DNA of 64,000 nt. Origin: Verrucomicrobiota bacterium (GTDB lineage: Bacteria; Verrucomicrobiota; Verrucomicrobiia; Limisphaerales; CANJSG01). The stretch spans positions 16,298 through 80,297 of the forward strand of contig JBBQXJ010000008.1 in the NCBI GenBank assembly GCA_038209745.1, written 5' to 3'. Each line of letters starts with the position of its first letter. Position 1 is the stretch's first letter. The translations under genes were made by a program, and so were the position numbers. This document shows, piece after piece, positions 38,611 through 49,292 of this stretch. Below the pieces are notes generated by a model, which worked only from the letters and a program-made list of their open reading frames with translations, was not told the origin of the DNA and ran no database searches.

Positions 38611-39999
38611 ATGCAAACCTTCGATCTAGCGGTCATCGGCGGCGGCCCCGGCGGCTACGTTTCAGCCATCCGCGGCGCGCAGCTCGGCCTCACTGTCGCC
38701 TGCATCGAAAAGGAATCCGCCCTCGGCGGCACCTGCCTCCGCATCGGCTGCATCCCCAGCAAAGCCCTGCTCGAATCCAGCGAGCTCTATTCCGAGGCCA
38801 AACACGGCTTCGACAAACACGGCTTCAAGGTCGGCGAAGTCACGCTCGACCTCGCCACCATGCTGAAGCGCAAGACCGAGATCGTCTCCCAGATGACCAA
38901 GGGCGTCGACTTCCTGTTGAAGAAAAACAAGGTCGCCCGCCTTCTCGGCCACGGACGCCTTCTCGGCAATGGCCAGGTCGAAGTCGCCTCCGCCGACGGC
39001 AAGAGCGAGACCATTTCCGCCAAGCACATCATCCTCGCCACCGGCAGCAAACCCGCAGTCCTGCCCGGCATCGAACTCGACGGCCAGATCGTCGGCACCA
39101 GCACCGAAGCGCTCGCCTACGACACCGTGCCGGAACACCTCGTCGTCATTGGCGCCGGCTACATCGGCCTCGAACTCGGCTCCGTCTGGCAACGCCTCGG
39201 CGCCAAGGTCACCGTGGTCGAATTCATGGACCGCATCGCGCCCGGCATGGACCGCGAACTGGCCGACGAAGCGCAGAAGATCTTCGCCAAGCAGGGCCTC
39301 GAATTCCGTCTCCGGCACAAGGTGCTTTCCGCAAAGGCCGAGGCCGGCAAGGGCGTCGTCGTCTGCGAAGGCCAGGAGCCGATCATCGCCGACAAGGTGC
39401 TCGTCGCCGTCGGCCGCGTGCCCAACACCGAGAACCTCGGCCTTGACGTCGCCGGGGTCGCCACCGGCCTGCGGGGCCGTGTGGAAGTGGACGAGCGTTT
39501 CGCCACCAACGTCCCCGGCATCTATGCCATCGGCGACGTGATCAAGGGCCCCATGCTCGCGCACAAAGCCGAAGAGGAAGGCGTCGCCTGCGCCGAGTTC
39601 ATCGCCGGAAAACACGGCCATGTGGACTACAACTCCATTCCCGGCGTCTGCTACACCCATCCCGAGATCGGAAGCGTGGGCCAGACCGAGGAGCAATTGA
39701 TCGAAGCCAAGATCGAGTATCGCAAAGGCGTCTTCCCCTTCAAAGCCAACGGCCGCGCCCACGCGCTCGGCCAGACCGAAGGCAAGGTGAAGATCCTCGC
39801 CGACAAGAAGACCGACCGCCTGCTTGGCGTCCACATCCTCGGCCCTCGCGCCGGCGATCTGATCGCCGAAGCCGCCGTGGCCATGGCCTTTAAGGCCACC
39901 GCCGAAGACCTGTCGATGGCGTCCCACGCTCATCCGACCCTGGCCGAGGCAATCAAAGAAGCGGCGTTGGCCGTGGACGGACGCGCGCTACACATTTGA
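38611..39999 (+). CDS. lpdA: Dihydrolipoamide dehydrogenase E3
   Basis: IGGGPGGY, GGTCLRIGCIPSK, GAGYIGLE, HAHPTLAE. Confidence 0.98.
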   Translation: MQTFDLAVIGGGPGGYVSAIRGAQLGLTVACIEKESALGGTCLRIGCIPSKALLESSELYSEAKHGFDKHGFKVGEVTLDLATMLKRKTEIVSQMTKGVDFLLKKNKVARLLGHGRLLGNGQVEVASADGKSETISAKHIILATGSKPAVLPGIELDGQIVGTSTEALAYDTVPEHLVVIGAGYIGLELGSVWQRLGAKVTVVEFMDRIAPGMDRELADEAQKIFAKQGLEFRLRHKVLSAKAEAGKGVVVCEGQEPIIADKVLVAVGRVPNTENLGLDVAGVATGLRGRVEVDERFATNVPGIYAIGDVIKGPMLAHKAEEEGVACAEFIAGKHGHVDYNSIPGVCYTHPEIGSVGQTEEQLIEAKIEYRKGVFPFKANGRAHALGQTEGKVKILADKKTDRLLGVHILGPRAGDLIAEAAVAMAFKATAEDLSMASHAHPTLAEAIKEAALAVDGRALHI

Positions 40000-40112
40000 T
40001 CCAAGAATCCGAGTTGAGCCGGAGAAATACCCACCAAATCCCCAGAAACACCTTGCCCGCCGCAGGTCGCTTTCCTAGGTTCACCCCTCGCTGGTTCTCC
40101 TGCCAGCGTGCC

Positions 40113-40184
40113 GGGTTGGTAGCTCAGTGGTAGAGCAGCGGCCTTTTAAGCCGTTGGTCGTGGGTTCGAATCCCACCCGACCCA
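40113..40184 (+). tRNA. tRNA-Lys(TTT); CCA not encoded
   Basis: GGGTTGGTAGCTCAGTGGTAGAGCA-GCGGC-CTTTTAA-GCCGT-TGGTCGTGGGTTCGAATCCCACCCGACCCA. Upstream TTGCCC-N17-TAGGTT. Confidence 0.96.
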
Positions 40185-40306
40185 CATCTTCAAAGTTCAT
40201 AAAGCCCTTCAAAGTAGGGGTTTCTATCCTCAAACGGCCAGATTAGAAGAATCAGGTCCAATCGTTCCTAATCCAGAAGTATCGGCCACTTTTGGCATCC
40301 CCTAGC

Positions 40307-40741
40307 GGTGGAGGCTCAAGAGGTTGTTCATGAGGAGACGGGTGGGAGGAGATTGAGGGAGCTTGGCCAACCGGCCGATCTGGACGCCGGGGAGCTTGCG
40401 GCGGCGCAGAGCCAGGACCCGGAGGACGCGCGCAGACCATGGATGCCGTCCTGGGAGCGTTTTGGCCTGGAAGAACGGTGCTCAAGGCCTGCGGTGCCAG
40501 AGGCGCTGAACGGGCCAGCTACTTCTGGGCCGAGCCGACCGCGATCCCCAACCCGGCGGCGACCTCGGCGACGGGTTGGTGGAGCTCGACAATGCGCTTT
40601 ACCAGTTCGGCTCGACTCAACGGGGGTGAGCTTGGCATTGCGATGGGCGTTCATGCGGGGGTGGTTCCTGGATCGGCGTTGTTTTCACAATCCCATCGTT
40701 CCAGCTCCGCCTCGCATGAACAACCTCCTGCAACCATCACA
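40307..40741 (-). mobile_element. Non-autonomous, internally deleted IS481-family element (435 bp)
   Basis: Imperfect terminal inverted repeats sharing GAGGTTGTTCATG. Flanks CCTAGC / CCTAGT (NCTAGN-type target). Decayed transposase MNAHRNAKLTP..LSRAELVKRIVE..QK*LARF..GLEHRSSRP fused to the C-terminal NNLLSLHR*. Confidence 0.88.
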
Positions 40742-41009
40742 CCTAGTCCCACCCCAGCCCTACGCCCGCGATCGCGATCGCACCCAACCCACCTTCTTCG
40801 CGCGCTCCCACAGCGACCCCACCGCCCCCGTCCGCTTCGGTACCACCCTGCCCACCAGACTTTAGAGCGGCCCTGGCGCTTTGCTGTTCGCCAACGACAA
40901 CACTGGAAGTCACTGAAAGGTTACAAGTCCAACCGCGAACCGCACAGATATCTCCGGAGCGGAATCCGGTTTCAGCAAGAGGTCCGCCGCAAGCCCAATC
41001 CACGAACGG

Positions 41010-41040
41010 AAAAACGGCTCCAGAGTGTGCCGGAGCCGTT
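41010..41040 (-). terminator. Intrinsic terminator of the rpmH-jag operon
   Basis: Minus strand AACGGCTCCGG-CACACT-CTGGAGCCGTT-TTT. Confidence 0.7.
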
Positions 41041-41062
41041 CAAAACGAACTGGAATTGGACC

Positions 41063-41515
41063 TCAGCGCGACTTGGGACGCAGCAGGACCACCTTCTGGG
41101 TCGATCCCTCGATCTCGACGCTGTGGGACTCGACATCGGGATCGTCGCGCAGCATTTGATGGACGATGCGCCGGTCGTAGGCGTTCATCGGCTCCAGCTC
41201 CACGATGTCGCCCAGTCGGCGCACCCGCTCGGCGGCTTCCTTTGCGCGCTTCAACAGGGCGCCCCGGCTCTTCTGGCGGAAGCCACCTACGTCCACGGTG
41301 ACCTTCGGAGAGCTGGGGTCCTGCTGGAAGAGGATCCGATTCACCATGTATTGGAGATCCGCCAGGGTCTGGCCAGCGGGCCCGATCAGACGGGCCGATT
41401 CCTCGCTGGTGATATCGAGAATGGGCCCGTCCTCCGACGGGATCTCTTCAATGGTCGCCGGGAAATCGAGATGCCGAAGGAGTTCCTCGAGGATGGTCTT
41501 GGGTTGGACGGTCAT
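41063..41515 (-). CDS. jag: Jag/KhpB-family RNA-binding protein (KH + R3H)
   Basis: LIGPAGQTLADLQY, VTVDVGGFR, LEPMNAYDRRIVH; follows yidC. Confidence 0.9.
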   Translation of the reverse strand: MTVQPKTILEELLRHLDFPATIEEIPSEDGPILDITSEESARLIGPAGQTLADLQYMVNRILFQQDPSSPKVTVDVGGFRQKSRGALLKRAKEAAERVRRLGDIVELEPMNAYDRRIVHQMLRDDPDVESHSVEIEGSTQKVVLLRPKSR

Positions 41516-41549
41516 GGTGAAAGGATTGAACGGGGCGCCACGGGCCGGC

Positions 41550-43310
41550 TCACTTCTTCCGTTTCCCCAGGAGCAGTTTCGCGGCGGCGGGGTCGGCGCC
41601 GGGTTTGGTCAACTTCGTCTGAACCACGCCAAGGAGGTTCTGCACGGTCCAGTAGAGCGTCAATCCCGAGGCCATGTTGTAGAGAAAGAAGAAGAACATG
41701 AAGGGCATGAACTTCATCATCTTCTGCTGGGCCGGATCCGCTCCGGGCGCGGTCGGGGTCAGGCTGGTCTGCCACCAGGTGCTGGCCGCCCAGAACAGGG
41801 GCAGCAGGTTGAAGGGAAGGTGCGTGCCGGGAATCATGAACAGCGTGTCAGGCTGGGAAAGATCGCAGGCCCATAGAAAGCCGGTGCCGCGCAGCTCGAT
41901 GGCGGCATTGAGCATCTGGTAGAAGCCGATGAAGACCGGGATCTGGATGACGATGGGGATGCAACCCGCGACCGGATTGATGCGGTGTTCGCGCATGAAC
42001 TCCATCGTCTTGGCGTTCACCTTCTGGGGGTCGTCCTTGTACTTCTCCTTGATCTTGGCCATCTCCGGCTGAAGCAGGGCCATCCGCTTCATCGACTTCG
42101 TCGAAGCATGGGTCAGGGGAAAGAATAGGGTTTTGATGATCACCGTGATCACGATGATGGCAAAGCCGTAGGAGAGCCCCCACGAGTGGAGTCCGTTCAT
42201 CGACATCAGCAGGGCTTTGGCGAAGAACCCGAAGAACTTGCTGAATCCCATCAACGAATCCACGTCGGTCTCGGTCTCTTTGGCGAGGTTGACCAGGGTG
42301 TTGTATTCTTTTGGACCGGCGAAGACCGTGTAAAAACGTTCGATGGTCTGGCCGGGCTGAATGACTGTGGCGGGATAGACCAAAGCGCTCTCAAAACCAA
42401 CCGGTTTCGGGTTCGCCCGCGAATCTTCGGCGATGACCTCGGCCGAAGGCGGTGGCAGATCCAGTTGAAGCGAGCGGAACGCCGCTGCGGGCGCTGCGGG
42501 AATCACCGCCAACGCAAAGAACTGGTTGTTGACCGCGGCCCATTTCACGTTTCCAGCTCCGGCGCGATATTCCGTCCGGGGTGTGCCCGGGAAACATCCC
42601 AAAGTCCGGTTGGCGAACCATCCTTGGTTGACCACCTCGGGTTTGGCGCCGTTCTGCCAATGGGTTCCCAGCGCCATCAAGGGTTCGTGCGGGCTCAACG
42701 ACGTCGCCGTCCCGATGACATACTCATACTCGGGAAGAGCGATGGGAACCTCGCTGGTGTTCGTGAAGACGAGCCGATGGCGGAGAATGTAGTTGGTGGA
42801 CGGCAGGAACTCCTTGATGACCGACAATCCGTTCGGCAGATCCGCACGGGCAACCAGTCCGGCACTGACCGGCGTCAGCTTCCATGTCCCACCGCCGAAC
42901 GGCCCGCCCAGCAGAGTGAACGCCGGCAAGGGCGCCCCGCCGTTCAGCGCGACCATGCCCAGATTGGTTGTCCCCGTGTTCTTGCAGCCGGTCGCGACCG
43001 GGTAGCCGCGCATCTCGAACTGTTTCACTCCGCCCCCATGCGAACTGAAGGTGAACACGGTCGTGTCGTTGGTGATCGAGATCAGCTCTTCCGGTCCCGT
43101 CGCGGGCAGCGGCCGCACCGAACTGCCCGCTGGAGCTCCGGCGAGCATCGCCGGAACGGAATTGCCTCCAGTGGCCAAGACGCCGGTGGCCACATCGACC
43201 ACATTGGTCGGACGGGGCTTCGGCGGATACATCTTCGGCACCAGGACCACCTGCCAAAGCACGATCAGGCCGAGGGAAAGGGCGACTATCAATATCGATT
43301 TACGATCCAT
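41550..43310 (-). CDS. yidC: Membrane protein insertase YidC
   Basis: N-terminal TM helix, periplasmic domain, [43 protein letters not shown]. Confidence 0.96.
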   Translation of the reverse strand: MDRKSILIVALSLGLIVLWQVVLVPKMYPPKPRPTNVVDVATGVLATGGNSVPAMLAGAPAGSSVRPLPATGPEELISITNDTTVFTFSSHGGGVKQFEMRGYPVATGCKNTGTTNLGMVALNGGAPLPAFTLLGGPFGGGTWKLTPVSAGLVARADLPNGLSVIKEFLPSTNYILRHRLVFTNTSEVPIALPEYEYVIGTATSLSPHEPLMALGTHWQNGAKPEVVNQGWFANRTLGCFPGTPRTEYRAGAGNVKWAAVNNQFFALAVIPAAPAAAFRSLQLDLPPPSAEVIAEDSRANPKPVGFESALVYPATVIQPGQTIERFYTVFAGPKEYNTLVNLAKETETDVDSLMGFSKFFGFFAKALLMSMNGLHSWGLSYGFAIIVITVIIKTLFFPLTHASTKSMKRMALLQPEMAKIKEKYKDDPQKVNAKTMEFMREHRINPVAGCIPIVIQIPVFIGFYQMLNAAIELRGTGFLWACDLSQPDTLFMIPGTHLPFNLLPLFWAASTWWQTSLTPTAPGADPAQQKMMKFMPFMFFFFLYNMASGLTLYWTVQNLLGVVQTKLTKPGADPAAAKLLLGKRKK

Positions 43311-43587
43311 GAAGAGGAGAAAGAGATGGGGAACGCGAGTCGGCCGAGGGGCCGCTTTCCGGCACGGGGTCGTGGCCACAGCCTCCCCATGGATGGCACC
43401 GGCACAGACGACGGACAGTCATGGCGCCTCCCTTTGAGGCGCCATGGCGCTGCAAAGCTTCGATGCCGTATTGCGAACAACTGGGCGTGAACCGGCATCC
43501 GGACCCCGGGCCCGCGATGAAGTGGATCGCCGGTGAAATCACCCAGCGATAGCCCCGAAGCATCCAGATAAACAATAGACGTATCAC
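43300..43587 (-). CDS. yidD: Membrane protein insertion efficiency factor YidD
   Basis: [33 protein letters not shown]; lies between rnpA and yidC. Confidence 0.95.
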   Translation of the reverse strand: MIRLLFIWMLRGYRWVISPAIHFIAGPGSGCRFTPSCSQYGIEALQRHGASKGGAMTVRRLCRCHPWGGCGHDPVPESGPSADSRSPSLSPLHGS

Positions 43588-43950
43588 TTACAGAAGCTTG
43601 GCCTGGGTCAATGCCCTCAGCAGGTCCGTCTCAACCTGCTGGCGCGACTTGGTCGCTATGCTTCGGCGAGCCACCAGCACGAGGTCCACGGATCGACCGA
43701 ACGAATGACGGTTCAACCGGAACGCTTCCCTTAAAAGCCTGCGGGCCCGGTTCCGCACCACGGCCGGGCCTACTTTCTTGCTGGTGACGACACCCAAACG
43801 GGAGGCTTCCCCCGCCGGGCGTTCGGTCCAGTTGACGATCAAGCACCCGAGCACGATTCGTCGCCCGGTCGCTTTGACCCGGGCAAAGTCGCCCGACTGG
43901 CGGAGCCGACGCTCCGCCGGCAAGGTGCAGCGAGGAGCGTCAGGACTCAT
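43588..43950 (-). CDS. rnpA: Ribonuclease P protein component
   Basis: RLGVVTSKKVGPAVVRNRARRLLREAFR (RNR motif). Confidence 0.95.
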   Translation of the reverse strand: MSPDAPRCTLPAERRLRQSGDFARVKATGRRIVLGCLIVNWTERPAGEASRLGVVTSKKVGPAVVRNRARRLLREAFRLNRHSFGRSVDLVLVARRSIATKSRQQVETDLLRALTQAKLL

Positions 43951-43958
43951 TCAGGTGA

Positions 43959-44096
43959 TCAGACCGGAGTGAGGCGCTTGCGGCCCACGCGGCGGCGATT
44001 GGCGAGGATGGCCCGGCCGCTTTTGGAGGAGTTGCGGCTGAGGAAGCCATGCTGGCGCTTCCGGCGGATTTTCGATGGCTGATACTGGCGCTTCAT
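43959..44096 (-). CDS. rpmH: 50S ribosomal protein L34
   Basis: [45 protein letters not shown]. Confidence 0.96.
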   Translation of the reverse strand: MKRQYQPSKIRRKRQHGFLSRNSSKSGRAILANRRRVGRKRLTPV

Positions 44097-44169
44097 AAAT
44101 TCTGGTTCCTGTTGACCCCGATCTGCGGAGCCCGACACCGGCCCGTCGGCCAGCGAATAAGAGCCGCGA

Positions 44170-44197
44170 AGCCTAGCAATGCCGACCTTCGTGTCAA
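44170..44197 (-). promoter_or_regulatory. Candidate sigma70 promoter of the rpmH operon
   Basis: Minus strand TTGACA-N16-TAGGCT with TG extension. Confidence 0.6.
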
Positions 44198-44324
44198 GAA
44201 ACCCCCTGAACCGATTCAAAAAGAATTGGCTCCCGCGCCGCTTCGAGGCGGCGCTCATGGTCCAACCGGCCGGCATCAATCCACACCGCAGAGCGCGGGC
44301 GGACCAATTGGCAACGCAAAGAGG

Positions 44325-46310
44325 TCAGTTGGGCGGCGAGGCGATCCACAGGCCAAAGCCTTCCGTGGTGACCCACAGCTCCCGGGTCTTGGGGTTCACC
44401 CGCATCCAGACCACTTCGCGCGGTCCATCCATGAACTGGTCTCCGGACTTGGGAATGAAATTGAACCAGGACCGACCGCCATCGATGGACCGGACCACGG
44501 GCACCTCCGTCACATAGTCGAGTGCTCTTCCACCCGCGTAGATGATGTTTGGGTCCACCGGATCGACCGCGACCGTCGTAATGTGGCGTTGACCGAACTG
44601 GTCCACGGGCGTCGCGAGCGTGGTCCATCGCCCTGACTCGAAAACCTTCAACGACTGCTGCGAAGCGAAGTAGCCGCGGGCCCGGAGTTGGTCGATGCCG
44701 GCGTCGGTGAACCCGCCGATGCTCGGGGTGATGCTGCGCCACGAATCACCCGCATTGGTGGAGACCATCACGGCAGTGTCGAGCCGGCCGACAAGGGGAT
44801 ACGGCGGCAGGCTGCCGGCCGTATAGACCGCCTCGCAGCTGGGAGTCGCCAGCCACGTCGCGCCCCCGTTCAAGCTTCGCCAACCCGGGGCGAAGAGGAA
44901 CGCCGCGTTGGTGGGATGCGCCGTGATGATGTCGCCTTCGCTCCATTCCACCGGCCGCCGGGATGGATTGGACGCGGACGCCCAGGACGCCCCGCCATTG
45001 GCGGAAACCAACAACCGACGTGGCCCGGCGCCGATCGAATACCCGACGAACAAGCGCCGGTCATCCGCGGCAAAGGCCGTGAAGGCTCCTCGGTTCAAAA
45101 CACCCCGATCCACTCTGAGCAGATCCCAGGTCGCACCGCCGTCGCGGGAGAGAACGGCCTGCGATTGTTTGAGGGAGAGGAGGACGGCGTCCGTTCCCTC
45201 GCGGAACTGGAAGCCCCCGCCAAAGATAGGCTGTGGAGCAGGCGCGCCGTGCCATTTGAAGACCCCGTCGTCGAGACGTCCGATCCAGATCCCGTTTCCG
45301 CCAGAGATCCACACGGAACCATCCACATACCAACCCCAGCTCCTGGTCAGGTGTGGGTCGCCGGCGCCTCCCACTGCGGTAACCAACTGGATCCGGTTCC
45401 ACTGAAGCCCAGCATCCACGGTGAACCAGACAAGCCCGTCGTTCGCCGCGATCAACATTCGCGCCGGATTGGTTGGGGAAACCGACAAGGCCCGCCAACC
45501 GGAGGGATCCGCAGGCAGCTGGATATCGGAAAGGCGGAGGAAATAATTCGCACAGTTTCGCGAAATCCAAAGCTGTTTGTCGCGGATGGCCCAGACGTAG
45601 TCAGGCGCCCGTGCGGACACGGCGATCGCTTGAACGGGCCGGAGAAACTCGAGCTTGAAGGTGAAGCCTCCGTCACCGCTCCGGAAGATTCCGCCTTCGT
45701 TCAAATTGCCGCTGGCACTATAGACGAAGAGTCCGTGGGGGGCGCCGACGAGGAGCCCCCCGGGGTATCGGGGGCCCATCGACCGCCAAGATCGACCGCC
45801 GTCCAAAGAACGTTCCACCCGACCACCTGGATCCAGCTTCCAGATGCGTTGACAGGCACCCCGCTCGCGATTGTAGGAACTGGGATCGACCACCAATTGG
45901 CCCTCGAACGGACCGCTGGAAGAATGCAAATGGCGCCAAGTAGCACCCGCATCGAGAGACTCATAAAGCCCGTGCCCGCGGACGGCCTCGGACCCGCCCG
46001 ACGCCAATCCAAGAACACGAAGTGGATTCACTGGATCAAAGACGAATCCCGAAGCCCCGGGAGCACTCCAACCGCTCATCGACACCTGCCAAGTCGCCCC
46101 ACCGTCGGTCGATCGAAGGACGCCGCCGGAATCAAACCCCGCGAGAAGAAGGTTCGTGTCGCCGGGACAACCCACGACACAAAAAAGCTTCGCCGAACGG
46201 GCGGCGGCCACTCCCCTGAAGTCGACTTGTCGCCAAGGCGACTGTGCCCGGACGTCGGCGGCGGTTGCCAACAGAACGACACAGCAGGCGGCTAACCAAC
46301 GGAGAATCAC
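44325..46310 (-). CDS. Secreted BNR/Asp-box beta-propeller protein (GH74/VPS10-like fold)
   Basis: Signal peptide; many S.DGG.TW boxes (RSTDGGATW, ESLDAGATW, RSLDGGRSW, LSRDGGATW, RSIDGGRSW). Confidence 0.82.
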   Translation of the reverse strand: MILRWLAACCVVLLATAADVRAQSPWRQVDFRGVAAARSAKLFCVVGCPGDTNLLLAGFDSGGVLRSTDGGATWQVSMSGWSAPGASGFVFDPVNPLRVLGLASGGSEAVRGHGLYESLDAGATWRHLHSSSGPFEGQLVVDPSSYNRERGACQRIWKLDPGGRVERSLDGGRSWRSMGPRYPGGLLVGAPHGLFVYSASGNLNEGGIFRSGDGGFTFKLEFLRPVQAIAVSARAPDYVWAIRDKQLWISRNCANYFLRLSDIQLPADPSGWRALSVSPTNPARMLIAANDGLVWFTVDAGLQWNRIQLVTAVGGAGDPHLTRSWGWYVDGSVWISGGNGIWIGRLDDGVFKWHGAPAPQPIFGGGFQFREGTDAVLLSLKQSQAVLSRDGGATWDLLRVDRGVLNRGAFTAFAADDRRLFVGYSIGAGPRRLLVSANGGASWASASNPSRRPVEWSEGDIITAHPTNAAFLFAPGWRSLNGGATWLATPSCEAVYTAGSLPPYPLVGRLDTAVMVSTNAGDSWRSITPSIGGFTDAGIDQLRARGYFASQQSLKVFESGRWTTLATPVDQFGQRHITTVAVDPVDPNIIYAGGRALDYVTEVPVVRSIDGGRSWFNFIPKSGDQFMDGPREVVWMRVNPKTRELWVTTEGFGLWIASPPN

Positions 46311-46350
46311 GGGCGAAAACTAAAGTCACCCAATCGACCTGTCCACCTTC

Positions 46351-47172
46351 TCACAGCCTCCCGCAGAATGCCGCTTTGAGACATTCGAGGCTCCTGGAGG
46401 CGATCACTTCGGCGCCCTCCTCGAACTTGAATACTTCCACCGACACCGTCCCGTCGTAACCGACTTCGCGAAGCGCGCCGGCGATCGGAACAAAGTCCAC
46501 CTCACCAAATCCAGGTCCCTTCAGATTGCGGTCGTTGGCGTGGAAATAGGCGAAGTCACCGGCGGACTCCCGGATGATCTGCGGAATCGGCTTCGGCTCG
46601 GCGCACATGGCTTTGACGTCGAGAATGACCTTCATCCCCCTGCTGTCGAACTGACGGGCGAATCGGATCCCTTCGGCGGCCGAGTTGATGAAGTTCGTCT
46701 CCACCGGCGACAGCGGTTCGAAACAAATGATAACGCCACGATCCACGGCACATTTCACCGCGTCGCGAAAACAATCCGTGGCCCAATTCCAAGCCTGTTC
46801 AAACTCCACCCCCGGCAGAACCTCCCGCTGCTTGGGCGAACCAACAATGACGTTCTTCCCTCCCAAATCCGCACAAAACTCGACCAGATCCACGAAGTAG
46901 CGCGCCGTGCGCGCCCGAGTCGCCGCCTCGGGATGGGTCAGGTGCATACCCTCGGTCTTGACCAGCACCCAATGGATCCCGGCGATGGCCAAACCGGACC
47001 GGTCGGCCAGATCACGGATGCGACGCCGCTCTCCGGCCCCGATATCTGTCACGTGTTGTGCGACAGTGAACGGGGCGATCTCGACGGCGTCGTAGCCGAT
47101 GGCGGCCATCCGCTGGAAGGCATCCTCCAAGGTCCAACCGGCGAAGATTTCGTTGCAGAGGGAGAAGCGCAT
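46351..47172 (-). CDS. Sugar phosphate isomerase/epimerase family TIM barrel (D-psicose/D-tagatose 3-epimerase-like)
   Basis: GYDAVEIAP, CFEPL..ETNFIN, ILDVKAM, FHAND.N..GPGFG, GYDGTVSVEVF. Confidence 0.9.
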   Translation of the reverse strand: MRFSLCNEIFAGWTLEDAFQRMAAIGYDAVEIAPFTVAQHVTDIGAGERRRIRDLADRSGLAIAGIHWVLVKTEGMHLTHPEAATRARTARYFVDLVEFCADLGGKNVIVGSPKQREVLPGVEFEQAWNWATDCFRDAVKCAVDRGVIICFEPLSPVETNFINSAAEGIRFARQFDSRGMKVILDVKAMCAEPKPIPQIIRESAGDFAYFHANDRNLKGPGFGEVDFVPIAGALREVGYDGTVSVEVFKFEEGAEVIASRSLECLKAAFCGRL

Positions 47173-47228
47173 GGCCGGCATTCTCGGAGTGGACCCGACG
47201 AGTTCAACCCCAACTTGTCGGCTGCGGC

Positions 47229-48431
47229 TTAGCGATCGTCGGGATCGGCGTCCTGCGCCTCCACCTCTTCGACCGCTTCCCGGATCAACTGTTTGAAAGC
47301 GGGCAGTCCTTGATCGAACGCGGCGGAAATCGGAAGAACCGGAGTCTTGCGGACGCGGCGCTTGAACTTCCTCAGATTCTCCTCGGCAGCAGGTTCGTCC
47401 ATCTTGTTGGCCACGACAAGTTGAGGTCGGGCCAGCATCGCCGAATCGTATAGCTCCAGCTCGCTGAGAAGCTGGCGATAGTCGTCCCAAGGCTCGCGTC
47501 CGTCCGTGCCGGCCATATCAAGGAGGATCACCAAGACGCGGCAACGCTTGATATGGCGCAGAAAGGCATGGCCAAGTCCGATATTGTCGTGCGCCCCCTC
47601 GATCAAACCCGGCACGTCGCAGATCGTAAGGCGGCGGAAGTCCGCGAATTCTAGGATTCCAATCTGGGGCGTCAGCGTCGTGAATGGATAAGCGGCGATT
47701 TTGGGCCGCGCCTTGGAAATCGCGGCCAAAAGGGTGGACTTGCCGGCGTTCGGATATCCGACCAACCCAACTTCGGCAAGGATGCGAAGCTCGAAAAAGT
47801 AGTCGCCCTCCAAACCCGCCTCGCCGGGCTGGGCGAACCGCGGCGTCTGCCGAACAGAGGTTGCAAAATTGCGGTTGCCCAGACCGCCGCGGCCGCCCTT
47901 GCAGAGCACGAACTGTTGTCCATGTTCCGTAAGATCGGCCACTAGTTCCCTCTCCAGACGGGAGTCGTCCTTGCGGTCTGGCTCGATCGGTTCCTCTTCG
48001 AGATTGATCTCCATCGCGCGGTCGGAGCCGCTATGACGAATGATCGGCCGACCTGCGGAGCCTACCGGCATCATACCGGGAGCGCCGCCCAACGCCTCGT
48101 CGTCGTCGTCGTCCGGTTCGACGGGAACTCGGCTTGGCAGCTTCCACACCATCGTCCCGCAGGGCACTTTGATGACGAGATCTTTTCCCGCGAGACCGTC
48201 CATGCCTTTGTTCAGGCCACCGGCTCCGTCCTCGGCGATCAGCCGCGGCTGGTAGAACTGGTCGACCAGATTGTTGCGATCATGGTCGGCCTCCAAAATC
48301 ACATCCCCGCCGCGCCCCCCATTTCCACCGGACGGACCGCCCTTGGGCCGGAACGCTTCCCGAAGAAAGGCCACGGACCCTTTGCCACCGTGACCGGCAC
48401 GCGCGTAAACCTTGATCTGATCGACAAACAT
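47229..48431 (-). CDS. obgE: GTPase ObgE/CgtA
   Basis: MFVDQIKV..GHGGKG, GGNGGRGG, GYPNAGKST, YPFTT, DVPG, NKMD, SA; follows rplU-rpmA. Confidence 0.97.
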   Translation of the reverse strand: MFVDQIKVYARAGHGGKGSVAFLREAFRPKGGPSGGNGGRGGDVILEADHDRNNLVDQFYQPRLIAEDGAGGLNKGMDGLAGKDLVIKVPCGTMVWKLPSRVPVEPDDDDDEALGGAPGMMPVGSAGRPIIRHSGSDRAMEINLEEEPIEPDRKDDSRLERELVADLTEHGQQFVLCKGGRGGLGNRNFATSVRQTPRFAQPGEAGLEGDYFFELRILAEVGLVGYPNAGKSTLLAAISKARPKIAAYPFTTLTPQIGILEFADFRRLTICDVPGLIEGAHDNIGLGHAFLRHIKRCRVLVILLDMAGTDGREPWDDYRQLLSELELYDSAMLARPQLVVANKMDEPAAEENLRKFKRRVRKTPVLPISAAFDQGLPAFKQLIREAVEEVEAQDADPDDR

Positions 48432-48473
48432 GAATCGGGTAAAATTTGGAGGATGACAGCGAAACGAGAAAAC

Positions 48474-48505
48474 AAAAAAAAGGCGAGGCCGATGAGGACC
48501 TCGCC
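48474..48505 (-). terminator. Intrinsic terminator between rpmA and obgE
   Basis: Minus strand GGCGAGGTC-CTCATC-GGCCTCGCC-TTTTTTTT. Confidence 0.8.
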
Positions 48506-48525
48506 ACAAAATCCTATTCTCGAAA

Positions 48526-48786
48526 TCAATTCTGGGCGACTGCAACCGTCTGGATGCTGACGCGACGACGGTCCTTGTCGAACTTCACCTGACCGTCGGT
48601 CAGAGCGAACAGAGTCCAATCGCGGCCGATGCCGACGTTGACTCCAGCATGGAACTTTGAACCCCGTTGGCGGATGATAATGCTGCCGGCAGTGACATTC
48701 TCGCCACCAAAAGCTTTAACACCGAGGCGCTTTGATACGCTGTCCCGACCGTTGCGGCTACTTCCGCCACCTTTTTTATGTGCCAT
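48526..48786 (-). CDS. rpmA: 50S ribosomal protein L27
   Basis: [30 protein letters not shown]. Confidence 0.98.
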   Translation of the reverse strand: MAHKKGGGSSRNGRDSVSKRLGVKAFGGENVTAGSIIIRQRGSKFHAGVNVGIGRDWTLFALTDGQVKFDKDRRRVSIQTVAVAQN

Positions 48787-48812
48787 AACCTGATCCTGTT
48801 CTCCGTTCCGAC

Positions 48813-49124
48813 TTAAGCTTGAATTCCCGTGATCTTCACGACCGTCAATTCTTGGCGATGGCCCACCGTGCGGTGGTAGCCTTTTCGACGCTTCATCTTA
48901 AAAGCGATCACCTTGTCGCCGCGCTTGTGCTCGACGACGTCGGCCATGACTTTGGCCGCATTGACAGTGGGCGTTCCAAAGGTCGCCGTGTCGCCGCCTC
49001 CGATCATGAGAACGCGTTCAAAGGTGAACGTCTGGCCAGCCTCTACTTCGAGGCGTTCGATTTCCAACGTGTCTCCGGCAATGACACGGTATTGTTTGCC
49101 GCCGGTTTCCAAAACTGCATACAT
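48813..49124 (-). CDS. rplU: 50S ribosomal protein L21
   Basis: [29 protein letters not shown]. Confidence 0.98.
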   Translation of the reverse strand: MYAVLETGGKQYRVIAGDTLEIERLEVEAGQTFTFERVLMIGGGDTATFGTPTVNAAKVMADVVEHKRGDKVIAFKMKRRKGYHRTVGHRQELTVVKITGIQA

Positions 49125-49292
49125 AAATTCAGCCCTTAAAAGGAGCGCTGACAGCACCAAACCAGCGACCATGTGTCAATCATCTATTTTCTCCATTCGC
49201 TCAAATCTCGAAACTTGGTTTGCCATCAAACTCCTTTCTCTAAAACGTCGCCCAAGCCGGAACCATGCAGAAGAAAACACGACTGGGCGATG

